Assembly: GCA_964439805.1 (NCBI GenBank)
Contig: CAYTOI010000003.1
Span: forward strand, 36,844 to 100,843
Reading direction: 5' to 3'
Length of the DNA stretch: 64,000 nt
DNA from: an uncultured Pseudomonadales bacterium
GTDB lineage: Bacteria > Patescibacteriota > Microgenomatia > UBA1400 > MFAQ01
Below, one piece after another: positions 1 through 9,903 of this stretch; within the stretch, counting starts at the first letter, position 1, and each line of letters begins with the position of its first letter. The position numbers and the translations under genes are program-made. The notes beneath the pieces were generated by a model. It was given only the letters and a program-made list of their open reading frames with translations, ran no database searches and was not told the origin of the DNA.

Positions 1-309
1 AACCACAGTGGGCCAGTTGCAGTCATTTACTGCAAGCAAATAACATTAAATGAACTTGAAGAGCGAAAAACCCACCTTGGAGTAATGGCGATCATGTCAG
101 CAGTAACATTTGCCGACATTTTCAACTGGATTGGAAACGCCAATGTCCATATCGAACCTACCACAGTAAGAGAATATGACGCTGGCGATCCAGAGCTGTA
201 TGAACTAGCAAAAGCGCTGATCTGTCACCACACAAAACTTGAGTGGGATGATGAGTTTCTGCGCAAAAAGTACCATGAAGGCGTAAAACAGTTTTTAAGT
301 AACATATAG
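1..309 (+). CDS. Hypothetical protein, 5'-truncated by window edge
   Basis: Frame is open from base 1 to TAG at 307-309; followed by a terminator. Confidence 0.6.
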   Translation, partial: NHSGPVAVIYCKQITLNELEERKTHLGVMAIMSAVTFADIFNWIGNANVHIEPTTVREYDAGDPELYELAKALICHHTKLEWDDEFLRKKYHEGVKQFLSNI

Positions 310-315
310 AATACC

Positions 316-347
316 AAAGAGAGTTCACAAAAGGGCTCTCTTTTTTT
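316..347 (+). terminator. Intrinsic terminator
   Basis: aaagagagttc-loop-gggctctc followed by a T-run. Confidence 0.75.
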
Positions 348-374
348 GTACCAAAAAACAAGTAAAATAATTAC

Positions 375-662
375 ATGGATCAATACAGCCCAATTTACAT
401 AAACATTCCTTGCCCAACCACAGAAGAAGCTCAGAAAATCTGCACCGAGCTCCTTACCCAAGACCTTTGCGGCACGGCCAAAATCTACCCCAAAGTTGAA
501 CTCTTTTTCAAAAAAGATGATGTGGACTCAGAAATTGTTTGCATCATAAACCTCAAAACCACAAACATAAACCTCCCCAAAATTCACGAATACATTCTCA
601 AAAATCATAGCTGGGGCACACCTTGCATAGAGGTCTTACCATTACAATCCGATCTTTGTTAA
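375..662 (+). CDS. cutA: Divalent-cation tolerance protein CutA
   Basis: 95 aa with EEAQKI..LL, LKTT and HSWGTPCI motifs; TAAAAT 6 nt before ATG. Confidence 0.8.
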   Translation: MDQYSPIYINIPCPTTEEAQKICTELLTQDLCGTAKIYPKVELFFKKDDVDSEIVCIINLKTTNINLPKIHEYILKNHSWGTPCIEVLPLQSDLC

Positions 663-667
663 AAAAT

Positions 668-1198
668 ATGCAAATAACCTTTGTCACTGGAAACAAAAAC
701 AAGTTTGAAGAAGCCATCCAAATTATCCCTGGTCTAACCCAAAAGAGCTTAGATTTGGTAGAAATACAAGAAATAGACTCCAAAAAAGTAATCGTGCACA
801 AGCTAGAAGAAGCCAGAAAAGTATTATCTGGAAACATAGTTGTAGAAGACAATGCCTTTTACCTTGAAGCCATAAACGGTCTTCCTGGTCCACTAATCAA
901 GTGGTTTCAAAAGACAATAGGCAATGAAGGACTCGTAAGCATTTGTGATTCCTTCAAAAACCATAAAGCAATAGCAAAAGTAACAATCGGTTTTAGCAAA
1001 GAGAATGGAGATATTGAGTTTTTTGAGGGTTCAATAGAAGGGGAGATTGTCAAACCCAGAGGCGAAAACGGCTTTGACTGGGATGCAATTTTCCAACCGA
1101 CAGGATACACCAAAACCTTTGGGGAAATGACTCGAGAAGAGAAAAACAGCATTAGTATGCGCAAAATCGCCTTCGAAAAACTAAAAAATTCACTCTAA
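668..1198 (+). CDS. rdgB: Non-canonical purine NTP pyrophosphatase (Ham1/ITPase family)
   Basis: FVTGNKNK, ED, GLPGPLIKWF, GFDWDAIF, S.R motifs; start moved to ATG 668. Confidence 0.9.
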   Translation: MQITFVTGNKNKFEEAIQIIPGLTQKSLDLVEIQEIDSKKVIVHKLEEARKVLSGNIVVEDNAFYLEAINGLPGPLIKWFQKTIGNEGLVSICDSFKNHKAIAKVTIGFSKENGDIEFFEGSIEGEIVKPRGENGFDWDAIFQPTGYTKTFGEMTREEKNSISMRKIAFEKLKNSL

Positions 1199-1210
1199 TA
1201 TAGGCACAAT

Positions 1211-1239
1211 TTGTGCTTAAATAAATCTTATAGTACAAT
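1211..1239 (+). promoter_or_regulatory. sigma70-type promoter of orphan unit
   Basis: TTGTGC-N17-TACAAT. Confidence 0.55.
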
Positions 1240-1276
1240 ATCTCAACCCAAAACCTTAACAGATTGGAGAAGAATA

Positions 1277-1513
1277 TTGGCTAAAAAATATAAAGTTTTA
1301 CTATCTAGTAAGACAGAATTTGTTGACTACACAAAAACAGGCAGCGAAAGGTACGAGCCGACAATGCAAGCAGGTGAATACGTAGTAACTCTCATCCCCA
1401 ACCCAAGCAAGAAAAAAGGGGATTCAAACTGGCTTCTGTTTGAAGGCACCACAATTGGGGCTACAGTCGAGTACTTCAAGTTAAAGTGTGAATCTATAAC
1501 AAAAATTATATAA
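1277..1513 (+). CDS. Small orphan protein (78 aa)
   Basis: TTG start after GGAG; promoter upstream. Confidence 0.6.
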   Translation: MAKKYKVLLSSKTEFVDYTKTGSERYEPTMQAGEYVVTLIPNPSKKKGDSNWLLFEGTTIGATVEYFKLKCESITKII

Positions 1514-1525
1514 AAAGGATTACAA

Positions 1526-1717
1526 ATGCAAAATCAACCCATGAACCCTGTTTACCCAGTAGCAATAATCTTAATTGCGATCAACTATCTCATTGTTTGG
1601 CTCTGCACAAAATTGTCAAGTGAATATCACATTCCCGTGATCATTGCGCTGAGCTTTATCGAAACTACTATTGCAGCCCATTTCTTTTCCAAATTTTTCA
1701 CCTTTCGAAAAAAATAA
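1526..1717 (+). CDS. Small 2-TM orphan membrane protein
   Basis: AAGGA SD, two hydrophobic segments. Confidence 0.65.
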   Translation: MQNQPMNPVYPVAIILIAINYLIVWLCTKLSSEYHIPVIIALSFIETTIAAHFFSKFFTFRKK

Positions 1718-1727
1718 AATATACCTC

Positions 1728-1755
1728 AAACCGCCCCTCATTGGGCGGTTTTTTG
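1728..1755 (+). terminator. Intrinsic terminator
   Basis: aaaccgccc-tcatt-gggcggtttttt. Confidence 0.85.
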
Positions 1756-1774
1756 ATGTTAGTTATAATCAAGT

Positions 1775-2350
1775 ATGGTTTTTACAAAAGACTGCTACTT
1801 CCAAGAAAAATTTACCGATCTCCAATTCGGCAAAGAAACAATCAAAGAAATTGAGTTTGAAGAATGCGAATTTGTAAATTGCAGCTTTTTGGAAACAGAA
1901 TTTAATAGGTGCCTAATACTGGACTGCGAATTTAGTAACTGCAACATTAGTGCTATTAATCTTAACAACAGCAATATTAATGATATTCACTTTAATAACT
2001 GTAAAGCAATCGGCATAGACTGGTCCAAAGCAGGCAAAATCCAAGGATTGTCCTTTACCGGCTCACAATTAAACTATTCAAACTTTAGTTTCCAAAAACT
2101 CCCAAGAACCAGTATTTTAAACTGCGAAGCCAAGGAATTAGATTTTAGCGAAACAGACCTCACAGAGAGTAACTTTACTAGCTCAAACCTAGAAAAAACA
2201 TTGTTCCACAAATCCAACCTCAATAGGTGCGACTTCCGAGAGGCAAAAAACTACTACATAAATCCCCAGACAAATACCCTCAAAAAAGCCAAGTTTAGCC
2301 AGCCAGAGGTCCTGAATCTGCTCTCTGGGCTCAATATAATCATAGAATAA
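1775..2350 (+). CDS. Pentapeptide repeat protein (Qnr/MfpA-like fold)
   Basis: Repeating [C/S/A]xFxx pentads; TATAAT 5 nt before ATG. Confidence 0.9.
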   Translation: MVFTKDCYFQEKFTDLQFGKETIKEIEFEECEFVNCSFLETEFNRCLILDCEFSNCNISAINLNNSNINDIHFNNCKAIGIDWSKAGKIQGLSFTGSQLNYSNFSFQKLPRTSILNCEAKELDFSETDLTESNFTSSNLEKTLFHKSNLNRCDFREAKNYYINPQTNTLKKAKFSQPEVLNLLSGLNIIIE

Positions 2351-2439
2351 ACCCCTTATCCAACCAAAATCGGCCTTTGGATGTAAAATAAGCCTAAGCA
2401 ACTTAACATTTTACATATACAAGTCAGGAGCCTTTGCGA

Positions 2440-3036
2440 ATGGACAAAATCAAGGCATATCTTAACAGACTCAATTATTATGAAAAAAAGTATCTTACTG
2501 GTCTTACATTTTTGATTATCTATTCAATTGTAATAATCATATTTTTCCCAGATAAAAGCTCGTTTAAGTTTGGTGACTACATCTTGTTCAGAGGCAATCT
2601 ATTCTCTTTCCTAATTCTAATTCCAACAACCATAACCATAGCAGCATTATTAAAGAACATTACAAAAAGAACTTTTGTAACAAAAGAAGAGATACCAGAA
2701 AAAACAAAGGTATTTATCTCATTCGCTATTCTCGAAGAAATTGGCTTTAACTACTTAATGCTCTACTGCCTCACGGCCACGCTTAACCTGATTTTTAACG
2801 ATCACTTTCAAGTAGCAATAGAGGTAATGTCGGCGCTAATTATTGCAATGGTTTTTGCAACCCAGCACAGATGGGATCAAAATCAAAAACTATTTTCCTT
2901 TTTATACTTTACCGCAGCAGGGTTGCTACTAAGAATATTCTTCCTATGTTTTGGCCTTCTAGGTTCAATAGTTTTGCATTTTACCCACAATATGGCAGGA
3001 ACCTTAACTGATTATTACTTTCCGGAAAGTTTTTAA
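2440..3036 (+). CDS. CPBP (Abi/CAAX) family intramembrane metalloprotease
   Basis: EE..F, F...H and H...N motifs (EEIGF, FATQH, HFTHN), multiple TMs; AGGAG SD. Confidence 0.75.
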   Translation: MDKIKAYLNRLNYYEKKYLTGLTFLIIYSIVIIIFFPDKSSFKFGDYILFRGNLFSFLILIPTTITIAALLKNITKRTFVTKEEIPEKTKVFISFAILEEIGFNYLMLYCLTATLNLIFNDHFQVAIEVMSALIIAMVFATQHRWDQNQKLFSFLYFTAAGLLLRIFFLCFGLLGSIVLHFTHNMAGTLTDYYFPESF

Positions 3037-3164
3037 TATTCCAAAAAAATCAGGGGACAAGCGAATAGGGGAGAGGGGTATAAGAAATACTTTTAACTAA
3101 ATACAACTTCAATACATAATGACCCATAGTATCTATAAAATAAATTAAAAGAAAGGAGGACGAT

Positions 3165-3419
3165 ATGAACAAAGAATCGGTACATAATATTTCCGTAAGC
3201 CTCATCAAGTCCGGTATTGAACCTCCAGGCATGTTCGAATCAGAACATGTTAAAGAATGTCGGGTACTTATAGATTTATTCAACCAAGATCCAAACAAAC
3301 CAGAAATCAAAATAAAAATTAAAGATATTCTTACGACTATGAACCTTAAACCTTCTGAGGCGGACATTCTTGCCGTCATGGCCGAAGTTAAGAAACTCTA
3401 TATCGACGACTATATGTAA
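3165..3419 (+). CDS. Small orphan protein
   Basis: AAGGAGG SD; followed by terminator 3433-3458. Confidence 0.7.
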   Translation: MNKESVHNISVSLIKSGIEPPGMFESEHVKECRVLIDLFNQDPNKPEIKIKIKDILTTMNLKPSEADILAVMAEVKKLYIDDYM

Positions 3420-3432
3420 AATTAAGACAAAC

Positions 3433-3458
3433 AAGCCCTGCCATTGGCAGGGTTTTTT
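3433..3458 (+). terminator. Intrinsic terminator
   Basis: aagccctgcc-att-ggcagggtttttt. Confidence 0.85.
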
Positions 3459-3556
3459 AGTGTCCATACAATACCTCTAAAACGGCTTCTGGAAACTTTT
3501 GCGAGTACTTACTCATAAAGTATTTACATTGATATATCAACAAATACAAAACAAGA

Positions 3557-3620
3557 GTCATTGCGCGAAGCACAGTAGTGCTGAGTCCCGACTCACAGTC
3601 GGGAAGAATCTGTGGCAATC
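3557..3620. repeat. REP-like element GTCATTGC...GCAATC, copy A
   Basis: About 80% identical by eye to 52888-52950; internal CCCGAC-tcaca-GTCGGG hairpin. Confidence 0.75.
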
Positions 3621-4042
3621 CAGAAATAAAACAGAAAAACATTCGGGTTTATATACAAATAAATAGAACCAGTAAATAGAAACCAAAAAGTAGAAGAAAA
3701 ACTCAAGAACCTTCCTTAAGAGAGTAACTAGCTACAAGTTTCGGGATTTTATCCGAAATGATCAGGAACAGAAAACTTATACTCCCCAGGCTCACTGGAT
3801 TGAGATACGTCGCAAAAGTATCATTGTGCGACATATAGGAAACCATTCTTCTCCGGTCTACACTAACTCCCCAAGTGGGGAACAGCAGAAGAAAAATAAA
3901 AATCTATAAATAATTTCAATTAAAACTGTGCTCAATACGCCTTCGGTCGAGCACAAAACAATTACCTTTACTTTGGAGAAAAGCCTAACCCCACTCCGAG
4001 CCTCTAGGCACGAATTTCTATATCACACTGTATCATTTACAC

Positions 4043-4051
4043 TTATCCACA
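4043..4051 (+). promoter_or_regulatory. Single perfect DnaA box
   Basis: TTATCCACA inside a ~730-bp ORF-poor region; function unproven. Confidence 0.3.
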
Positions 4052-4202
4052 AATATCGTGAAAACAATTCTATTTCGTGAAAATTATAAGACACTCTGTG
4101 CCTAATGTTTATATTATAGGATATATACTATAGGTCTCTCCCCTTCCCCTCTTAGCCTCAACAAAAAATATTTTGTGCCTAATTGAATTATTTCAAGCTT
4201 GT

Positions 4203-5030
4203 TTAGCCTCCGGTCCAGGATGTAGTCAAAAATCCAATGATTACGATAATAAAGACCGTGGCCAGGTACTCCACTGCACTCTCCAAGTAGACTTTACTAG
4301 ACAGTCTCTGCTCCATCACGCCTAATAAGGCATAAAGAATTGATGTCAGCATTAGCCCACCCATAAAAGGCTTAACGGGCCAAAAGGCCAAGACTAGAGA
4401 AACAAGCCCCACTAGCCACCCTACAGTCAAAGAAAACCTTCCTATCTCCGCAACATAGTTATTCTTTAGGTCCACACTCCAAAACGAAGGAAAGCTCAAA
4501 ATAAATGACGTCGCAAAAGCTCCTAAAAATATCCAATAAAACGGTAGTTTTAGGCTCAAAATAGCTGTGAAAAAAAACAGGGATGTTACCAAGGTCAAAA
4601 TAAAGTTTACCGATCTTGCAGCCCTAAAAAGCTGAATAGTTCTAATTGATGCCACCGAAAATATATTTTCGATAAGCATTACACCATAAAGTCCAATCGC
4701 AAAGAAAATGTAATAGATAATTCTGAAGATACTGGCAAAGAGCATAGCAGACTCCACTTGAAATACTTTCCCAAAAATTCTAGGAATAGAGTTTGGCAAA
4801 AAGTTCGAAAATAACGCGCTCCCCAATGTAAACATTACCGGCAATACTAGTAATGTCAGCCACTCCATACCCTTCAAATCGTCAAAAAGAACCCAAACCG
4901 AGAGAATATATGCAAAAGCTGAAATACCGAGAGACAAACCAAATCGATACTCTACAGGTGCCAAACTTGATAGCCACAAAGAAAGTGCGACCAAAAAAGC
5001 AACTAATACAAATCTTGTTCTTTTATACAT
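4203..5030 (-). CDS. Multi-pass membrane protein of unknown function
   Basis: About 9 hydrophobic segments; directly downstream of yebC. Confidence 0.75.
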   Translation of the reverse strand: MYKRTRFVLVAFLVALSLWLSSLAPVEYRFGLSLGISAFAYILSVWVLFDDLKGMEWLTLLVLPVMFTLGSALFSNFLPNSIPRIFGKVFQVESAMLFASIFRIIYYIFFAIGLYGVMLIENIFSVASIRTIQLFRAARSVNFILTLVTSLFFFTAILSLKLPFYWIFLGAFATSFILSFPSFWSVDLKNNYVAEIGRFSLTVGWLVGLVSLVLAFWPVKPFMGGLMLTSILYALLGVMEQRLSSKVYLESAVEYLATVFIIVIIGFLTTSWTGG

Positions 5031-5032
5031 TT

Positions 5033-5557
5033 TTAAGCCAAGTTGCTCCAGACATCCACCACATCATCCATGTCCAAAAGCAACTGAAATAGTTTTTCTA
5101 ACTGTTTTTTATCTTCGTCAGGTAAAGAAATAGTTGGTAATGGACTAATAGATTTCATATAAGAAACAGAGCCAGGTCCACCTAACTTAGCTGAATTTTT
5201 TTCGAGAACATTTTTTACTTCGCCTCCAGTGCGATTACGATTATCAGTAATAACAGTTACCAAAATTCCTACGCCACCCAAACCATACGCTTCATAGACA
5301 ATTTCTTCCGCCACGTCTCCCTCATTATTTCCCAAAGCTTTATCAATTGCTCTTTTAATGTTTTCCATCGGCATATTTACAGATCTAGCGTCTTCTACAC
5401 AAGCTCTCAAAAATGGATTGGCGTTAACATCGCCAGAACCACCATTTTGGACGGCTATACGGATCTTTTTTGCTATTTTTGTAAATACAGCGCTACGTTT
5501 GCTGTCTTCTATAGCTTTTTGGTGTTTTATGGTAGACCATTTTGAGTGCCCTGACAT
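5033..5557 (-). CDS. yebC: YebC/PmpR family protein (short form)
   Basis: MSGHSKWSTIKHQK, YEAYG..G, TDNRNRT. Confidence 0.95.
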   Translation of the reverse strand: MSGHSKWSTIKHQKAIEDSKRSAVFTKIAKKIRIAVQNGGSGDVNANPFLRACVEDARSVNMPMENIKRAIDKALGNNEGDVAEEIVYEAYGLGGVGILVTVITDNRNRTGGEVKNVLEKNSAKLGGPGSVSYMKSISPLPTISLPDEDKKQLEKLFQLLLDMDDVVDVWSNLA

Positions 5558-5610
5558 GTTTCAAGTATATCATTGACATCTTTATCACAAAATTATATAT
5601 TCACTGCAGC

Positions 5611-6321
5611 ATGCAAAACGAATTAACTAAAGATTTGAATCAGGAAGCAATAAAAGCCGCCGTAGCCAACAACTGGCCACTAGCAATAGAACACAATTTA
5701 GCCATTTTGGAATCCGACCCACTAGACGTCGCCGCTCTTAACAGATTAGGTATTGCCTACTCCATGACACAGAAGAATTCTGAGGCGATGAAAACATTTC
5801 AAAAAGCTCTAGAGCTCGACTCACGCAACCAAATAGCCAAAAACAATATCAGCCGTTTAAAAATAAATAAGTCCTCTGGGCTTATGAACCGATCTCTTCA
5901 AAGCACCGTCAGTTTCATTGAGGAGCCAGGCAAATCAAAAGTCATTCCACTAGTAAGTCAAGGTGAGCCAAAAGTTTTCTCCGAAATTACCATTGGTGAA
6001 GAAGCAAATCTCGTTGCTAACAAGCACAAAATCAAAGTTGTTTCAGACAGCAAACAATTTATTGGTTACCTACCTGATAATATTGCCCACAGAATGATAG
6101 AACTACTCAATGCAGGCTACAAATACAAAACTACAATTAAGTCTGTAAATCCCAAGAGCCCCTGTGTCTTTATACAAGAAACTCACTCTAGTAAAAAACT
6201 CAAAGGTGCACCATCTTTCCCCTTGGACGACGCCGACCACTTGCCATCTTTATCCGCAGGAGACTCTAGCGAAACCCCTCCCTTGGAAATTTTCGACCCC
6301 ATGGCCGGAGAAGAAAACTAA
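5611..6321 (+). CDS. TPR-repeat protein
   Basis: TPR pattern AALNRLGIAY...A...FQKALELD; start moved to ATG 5611. Confidence 0.8.
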   Translation: MQNELTKDLNQEAIKAAVANNWPLAIEHNLAILESDPLDVAALNRLGIAYSMTQKNSEAMKTFQKALELDSRNQIAKNNISRLKINKSSGLMNRSLQSTVSFIEEPGKSKVIPLVSQGEPKVFSEITIGEEANLVANKHKIKVVSDSKQFIGYLPDNIAHRMIELLNAGYKYKTTIKSVNPKSPCVFIQETHSSKKLKGAPSFPLDDADHLPSLSAGDSSETPPLEIFDPMAGEEN

Positions 6322-6322
6322 G

Positions 6323-7183
6323 TTACAGAATCCAAACCTCCACTCCATCGCCACCCGCCTTTTTCTCTGCTTTGGTGGTAATATTTCTACACCCAGAATA
6401 ATTCGTAAGCAAATAATCTGTGTATTCATGTCCTCCAACAGACTTATATACGCACCCTGATCCGGAAAATTTTTCCCCTGTCCCTGCAGTAACTTCTACT
6501 ACTCTAAGCCCTGCAGACTCTAACTGGCGAGATAATAGTAGCCCTGCTCCATTTACATTAGTTAAGTTTCGCACTTTTACATTAGAATTTTCACCAAGCA
6601 ATGTATCAAAAACAAATTTATTTTTGGTCCATAAGTTTATGACACTATTTATTTCCATAAATTCTTTTCCATCTGGATCAGCCTTAATATCTAGTGCAGC
6701 GTCAGGAATTTCTACTTCAAAATATTTTTTTGAGCTTACACTATTTACCAAGTCTTTCCGAAAAGCTATCCTATCTCTGATACTCAAATCTGTTTGTAAA
6801 CTAATTTTATGAAGCACTCCTAACAAGTTCTCTGGGGTCGCTAAGCCCTTCACCTTAACCACTCTGGGTAACAAGACACCCAAAGTATTAGAAAGAGACT
6901 TACCCACTATTTGATAAGCATTGTGCTCCGACAAACCATACTTCCAAAGGGATAGTAAAGGATAGACTGCACTAGAGTTATAAATCCGCACCGATAGGTT
7001 TTGAGGCAGTCTCACCCAAGTCATCATCCCCTCTTGTGGCCGAATAAGAACAAGAGACACATCCAAGTCCCCTACAACAACGATATTAACCCCAAGCTTA
7101 CTAGAATATATTCCTTTCTTTGCAAAACCAGCTATCAAAAGAACCACAAAAACAGCCACAAATAAATATCCCAAACGTCTCAT
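6323..7183 (-). CDS. Membrane-anchored protein with LytR_C-like C-terminal domain
   Basis: N-terminal TM; V.V.N.T...G.G.....LE..G motif. Confidence 0.6.
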   Translation of the reverse strand: MRRLGYLFVAVFVVLLIAGFAKKGIYSSKLGVNIVVVGDLDVSLVLIRPQEGMMTWVRLPQNLSVRIYNSSAVYPLLSLWKYGLSEHNAYQIVGKSLSNTLGVLLPRVVKVKGLATPENLLGVLHKISLQTDLSIRDRIAFRKDLVNSVSSKKYFEVEIPDAALDIKADPDGKEFMEINSVINLWTKNKFVFDTLLGENSNVKVRNLTNVNGAGLLLSRQLESAGLRVVEVTAGTGEKFSGSGCVYKSVGGHEYTDYLLTNYSGCRNITTKAEKKAGGDGVEVWIL

Positions 7184-7201
7184 AAATCATTCTAACAAAA
7201 A

Positions 7202-7954
7202 TCAATCTACTTCCTTTAGTGTTTTCAACAAATACTCACAGTCCTCTGGCAGCGGTGCCTTTACTTCTACTTTTTCTCCAAACTCATCTTTAAAACTTAG
7301 ATAGTAAGCATGCAAAAAATGATGATATAGCAGATGTTTCTCTCTACTAAACTGCTTACCATTCAAATATTTTGCATCAGCAAAAATTGGCCAACCCAAA
7401 AAAGACAAATGAACTCGAATCTGATGAGTTCTGCCTGTTTTCAAACCTACGTCAAGTAATGACAAAGTATTTTTCCATTGCTCGTTTTCTGTGCCAAACT
7501 CAAAGTACTTCAATACTTTCCACATAGTTATAGCTTTCTTTCCATCAAACCGGACTTTCCATCTATCTCTATCAATGATGCTTCGTTTAAGTGGCAAAAT
7601 CACATCACCCTCTTTGGGGTCAACTCGTCCATGAACTAGAGCCAGATAAGATTTCGTAATTTTTCGATCTTTAAAAAGACCCAAAAAATACTTCATGGTG
7701 GTAGGATTCTTAGCAATAAGCAGACAACCACTAGTTTCTTTATCTAGTCTATGGCACACTCCACTTCTAGCTAAAAACAATTCATTATCTTGAGTTCTTG
7801 ATTCCTTGAGTTCTTGAGTTTTTAAATCATATCTACTCTCCACCCAGTCCTGTACCGTCCTGCCTTTTATCGAATCAGCTCTGTTAACCACCACCCCAAA
7901 GGGCTTATTAATTATCAAAAAGTTCTCATTCTCAAATAGTATTGGTAGATCCAT
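7202..7954 (-). CDS. RluA/RluD family pseudouridine synthase
   Basis: NKP.G, HRLDKETSG, TGRTHQIRVH, LHA motifs; carries in-frame [10 protein letters not shown] repeat. Confidence 0.95.
   Translation of the reverse strand: MDLPILFENENFLIINKPFGVVVNRADSIKGRTVQDWVESRYDLKTQELKESRTQDNELFLARSGVCHRLDKETSGCLLIAKNPTTMKYFLGLFKDRKITKSYLALVHGRVDPKEGDVILPLKRSIIDRDRWKVRFDGKKAITMWKVLKYFEFGTENEQWKNTLSLLDVGLKTGRTHQIRVHLSFLGWPIFADAKYLNGKQFSREKHLLYHHFLHAYYLSFKDEFGEKVEVKAPLPEDCEYLLKTLKEVD
7781..7820. repeat. Octamer (CTTGAGTT)x4 array, in frame in RluA
   Basis: 40 nt identical to 39351-39390. Confidence 0.9.
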
Positions 7955-8360
7955 CTGGGCTTAGTATATACGACAATACCGAAAAGGTAATCAAAAGATC
8001 CGACAGATTCACCCACAGTCCTACAGTTTTGAAGATAATATAATCCCATACATCACCAAAAATAAGCCTAGGAAGTACGTTACCCAATGCCCCAAAAGCT
8101 AAAGCAATCAAAAATACGTTGACTCCCTTCCCCTTCCATACCAAAGAAAATATAAAACTCAAAAAAATAATTGCTGGCAAAACCAATACCCAAAAGTTCA
8201 AGTTCTGAGCAAAGCCAAAGGATATCCCTGAGTTTGCCAAGCCAAAATTTATTTTACGAAAGTGCGATTGTAGAAAAAAGTCCAGCAAAACAACTATCAC
8301 ACCGACCAACACAAACAGCGAACTAAAGCTGTCCTTTTTCTTTTTTGGATTCACATTCAA
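7932..8360 (-). CDS. lspA: Signal peptidase II
   Basis: N.GISFG, GALGN...R...G.V.DY, NLSD motifs; exact start uncertain. Confidence 0.85.
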   Translation of the reverse strand: MNVNPKKKKDSFSSLFVLVGVIVVLLDFFLQSHFRKINFGLANSGISFGFAQNLNFWVLVLPAIIFLSFIFSLVWKGKGVNVFLIALAFGALGNVLPRLIFGDVWDYIIFKTVGLWVNLSDLLITFSVLSYILSPDGSTNTI

Positions 8361-8709
8361 TACAGAACTCTGCTGTAGGAGTAATTGCCAATCTGTCAGT
8401 ATCTATCATCTTGTGACACGCTGTACAAATTCCATACTTACCCACCTTAATTCTAGCCAAAGTTTTTCGAATTGATATTATAGATCTACTTACCATTTTG
8501 CGCATCGCAAAGGCTCTATCGTGTTCTACGTTCTCTGCTACATCTGCATCAACAGAGTTATCATCATCTCGGTTACCAATTATAAAAGGATCAACTTTTT
8601 TTAGCTCTTTCTTTGAGTCTTTTAATTTTTTTTCTTCTCCTTTAAGAAATCGCACCAAAGGAGCTAACACTGTAGATGGGAAGCCTACTTTTTGATTCTT
8701 TTGTTCCAT
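8323..8709 (-). CDS. TraR/DksA C4 zinc-finger protein
   Basis: L.RI..GKYGIC..C...I...RL...P.A..C..C. Confidence 0.85.
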   Translation of the reverse strand: MEQKNQKVGFPSTVLAPLVRFLKGEEKKLKDSKKELKKVDPFIIGNRDDDNSVDADVAENVEHDRAFAMRKMVSRSIISIRKTLARIKVGKYGICTACHKMIDTDRLAITPTAEFCIECESKKEKGQL

Positions 8710-9425
8710 ATATTTATGCTTTTTAAATCGTCTGCTAATAACCTACCTGACCTAATATACACCAAAACCATTCCTCCAATAAACAGTATAAACATTAAAA
8801 CTACATTAAAAGCCCCAAAACCTCGAAACAAAATATTCTCTAGTACAAAACTAGCTCCCAAAAACACCAAGGTGAAACCGGAAACAAAACCAGACTTTGC
8901 AAATGTCTTTGAACCTCTATACCAAGAAATATGCCTATATGTTTTCTCTAGCTGCCAAAACCACAAAAATCCCAAGAAATTTACCCCCGCAATTACCAAG
9001 TTCTGCCAGTAAAAATTAATAAAGTTAAGTCCTACCCAAAAAAACGCAGAACCTGATAGCACTCCCAGTGCAGCCAAATCATAATAATCAAAGTACTTTC
9101 CCTTTTTCTTTTTGACAATATAAAAAACTGCAAGAATTATACCTATAAGTGCTCCCCATCTCTCTATTCCAGGATAATTAACCAGTAAAAATATTCTGGA
9201 CCAATGACCAGCAAAGCTTTCCAAGTGAGTCAATACAAAGCTAATTCTTCCCAAAATAAAACTCCAAAACGCAGACAGAACAACAATATCCAGAGCCACA
9301 TTATCTTCAATATGAGACTCAATAGCTTTTTTATAAAAAACAAAACCACCCCACAAATAAACAAAAAACACCACCAGACCAAGCGTGTAGATCATAAAAT
9401 TTGATACTGCAATTGTCTCTCCCAT
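8685..9425 (-). CDS. lgt: Prolipoprotein diacylglyceryl transferase-like protein
   Basis: IYTLG, G.R..F, G...WG..IG, D.AA pattern; next to lspA. Confidence 0.65.
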   Translation of the reverse strand: MGETIAVSNFMIYTLGLVVFFVYLWGGFVFYKKAIESHIEDNVALDIVVLSAFWSFILGRISFVLTHLESFAGHWSRIFLLVNYPGIERWGALIGIILAVFYIVKKKKGKYFDYYDLAALGVLSGSAFFWVGLNFINFYWQNLVIAGVNFLGFLWFWQLEKTYRHISWYRGSKTFAKSGFVSGFTLVFLGASFVLENILFRGFGAFNVVLMFILFIGGMVLVYIRSGRLLADDLKSINIWNKRIKK

Positions 9426-9452
9426 AAGTCTCTAGTGTATACTAAAAAAGAA

Positions 9453-9899
9453 ATGCTATCTATTGCTCACGGCCCAACTGGGGCATTTATCACAACCAAA
9501 ATCAGCAACCCCTTCATTAGCATTCCCCTAACTCTTTTGGCTCATTACCTTCAAGACCGGGTACCTCATTGGGATGTAGGACAAGGTATAACCAACGGCA
9601 GCAAAAACAAAACTCACTCTTTCCTTCAAGAACTATTTTTTGACTTTCCTCTTTCTATACTAATTACTTATCTTATTTTTCAGCACGGCAGAGAGTTTGA
9701 TTACCGGATATGGATGGGCTGGTTTGCAGGTTTACTTCCCGACTTCATTGAATTCCCTAGACTGTTTCTCAAAAAATATTTACCTGTCTTAGAATACCAC
9801 CATCGCTTTCACAAATGGTTCCACGTCTCAACACCAGATAGATTTTGGGGCACTATTCCCCAAATCGCCGTCCTCCTCGCCATCCTCTACTTCAAATAA
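9453..9899 (+). CDS. Putative metal-binding membrane protein/hydrolase
   Basis: H...G, H...D..PH.D, LPD, H..FH motifs. Confidence 0.6.
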   Translation: MLSIAHGPTGAFITTKISNPFISIPLTLLAHYLQDRVPHWDVGQGITNGSKNKTHSFLQELFFDFPLSILITYLIFQHGREFDYRIWMGWFAGLLPDFIEFPRLFLKKYLPVLEYHHRFHKWFHVSTPDRFWGTIPQIAVLLAILYFK

Positions 9900-9903
9900 G
9901 TCC

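Noticed and set aside
3703-3846. 47-aa minus-strand ORF with GGAG upstream
   Set aside because: Short, no recognisable features, overlaps hairpins; cannot be supported
4043-4051. oriC call
   Set aside because: Only one DnaA box, no dnaA nearby and no visible skew switch; kept only as a low-confidence site
4096-4125. dif-like site (GTGCCTAA-N8-TTATAGGAT), with similar words at 1211-1237 and 61606-61632
   Set aside because: The other two coincide with -35/N17/-10 promoters, the spacer lengths differ, and the plus strand stays C-rich on both sides, so no terminus signature is seen
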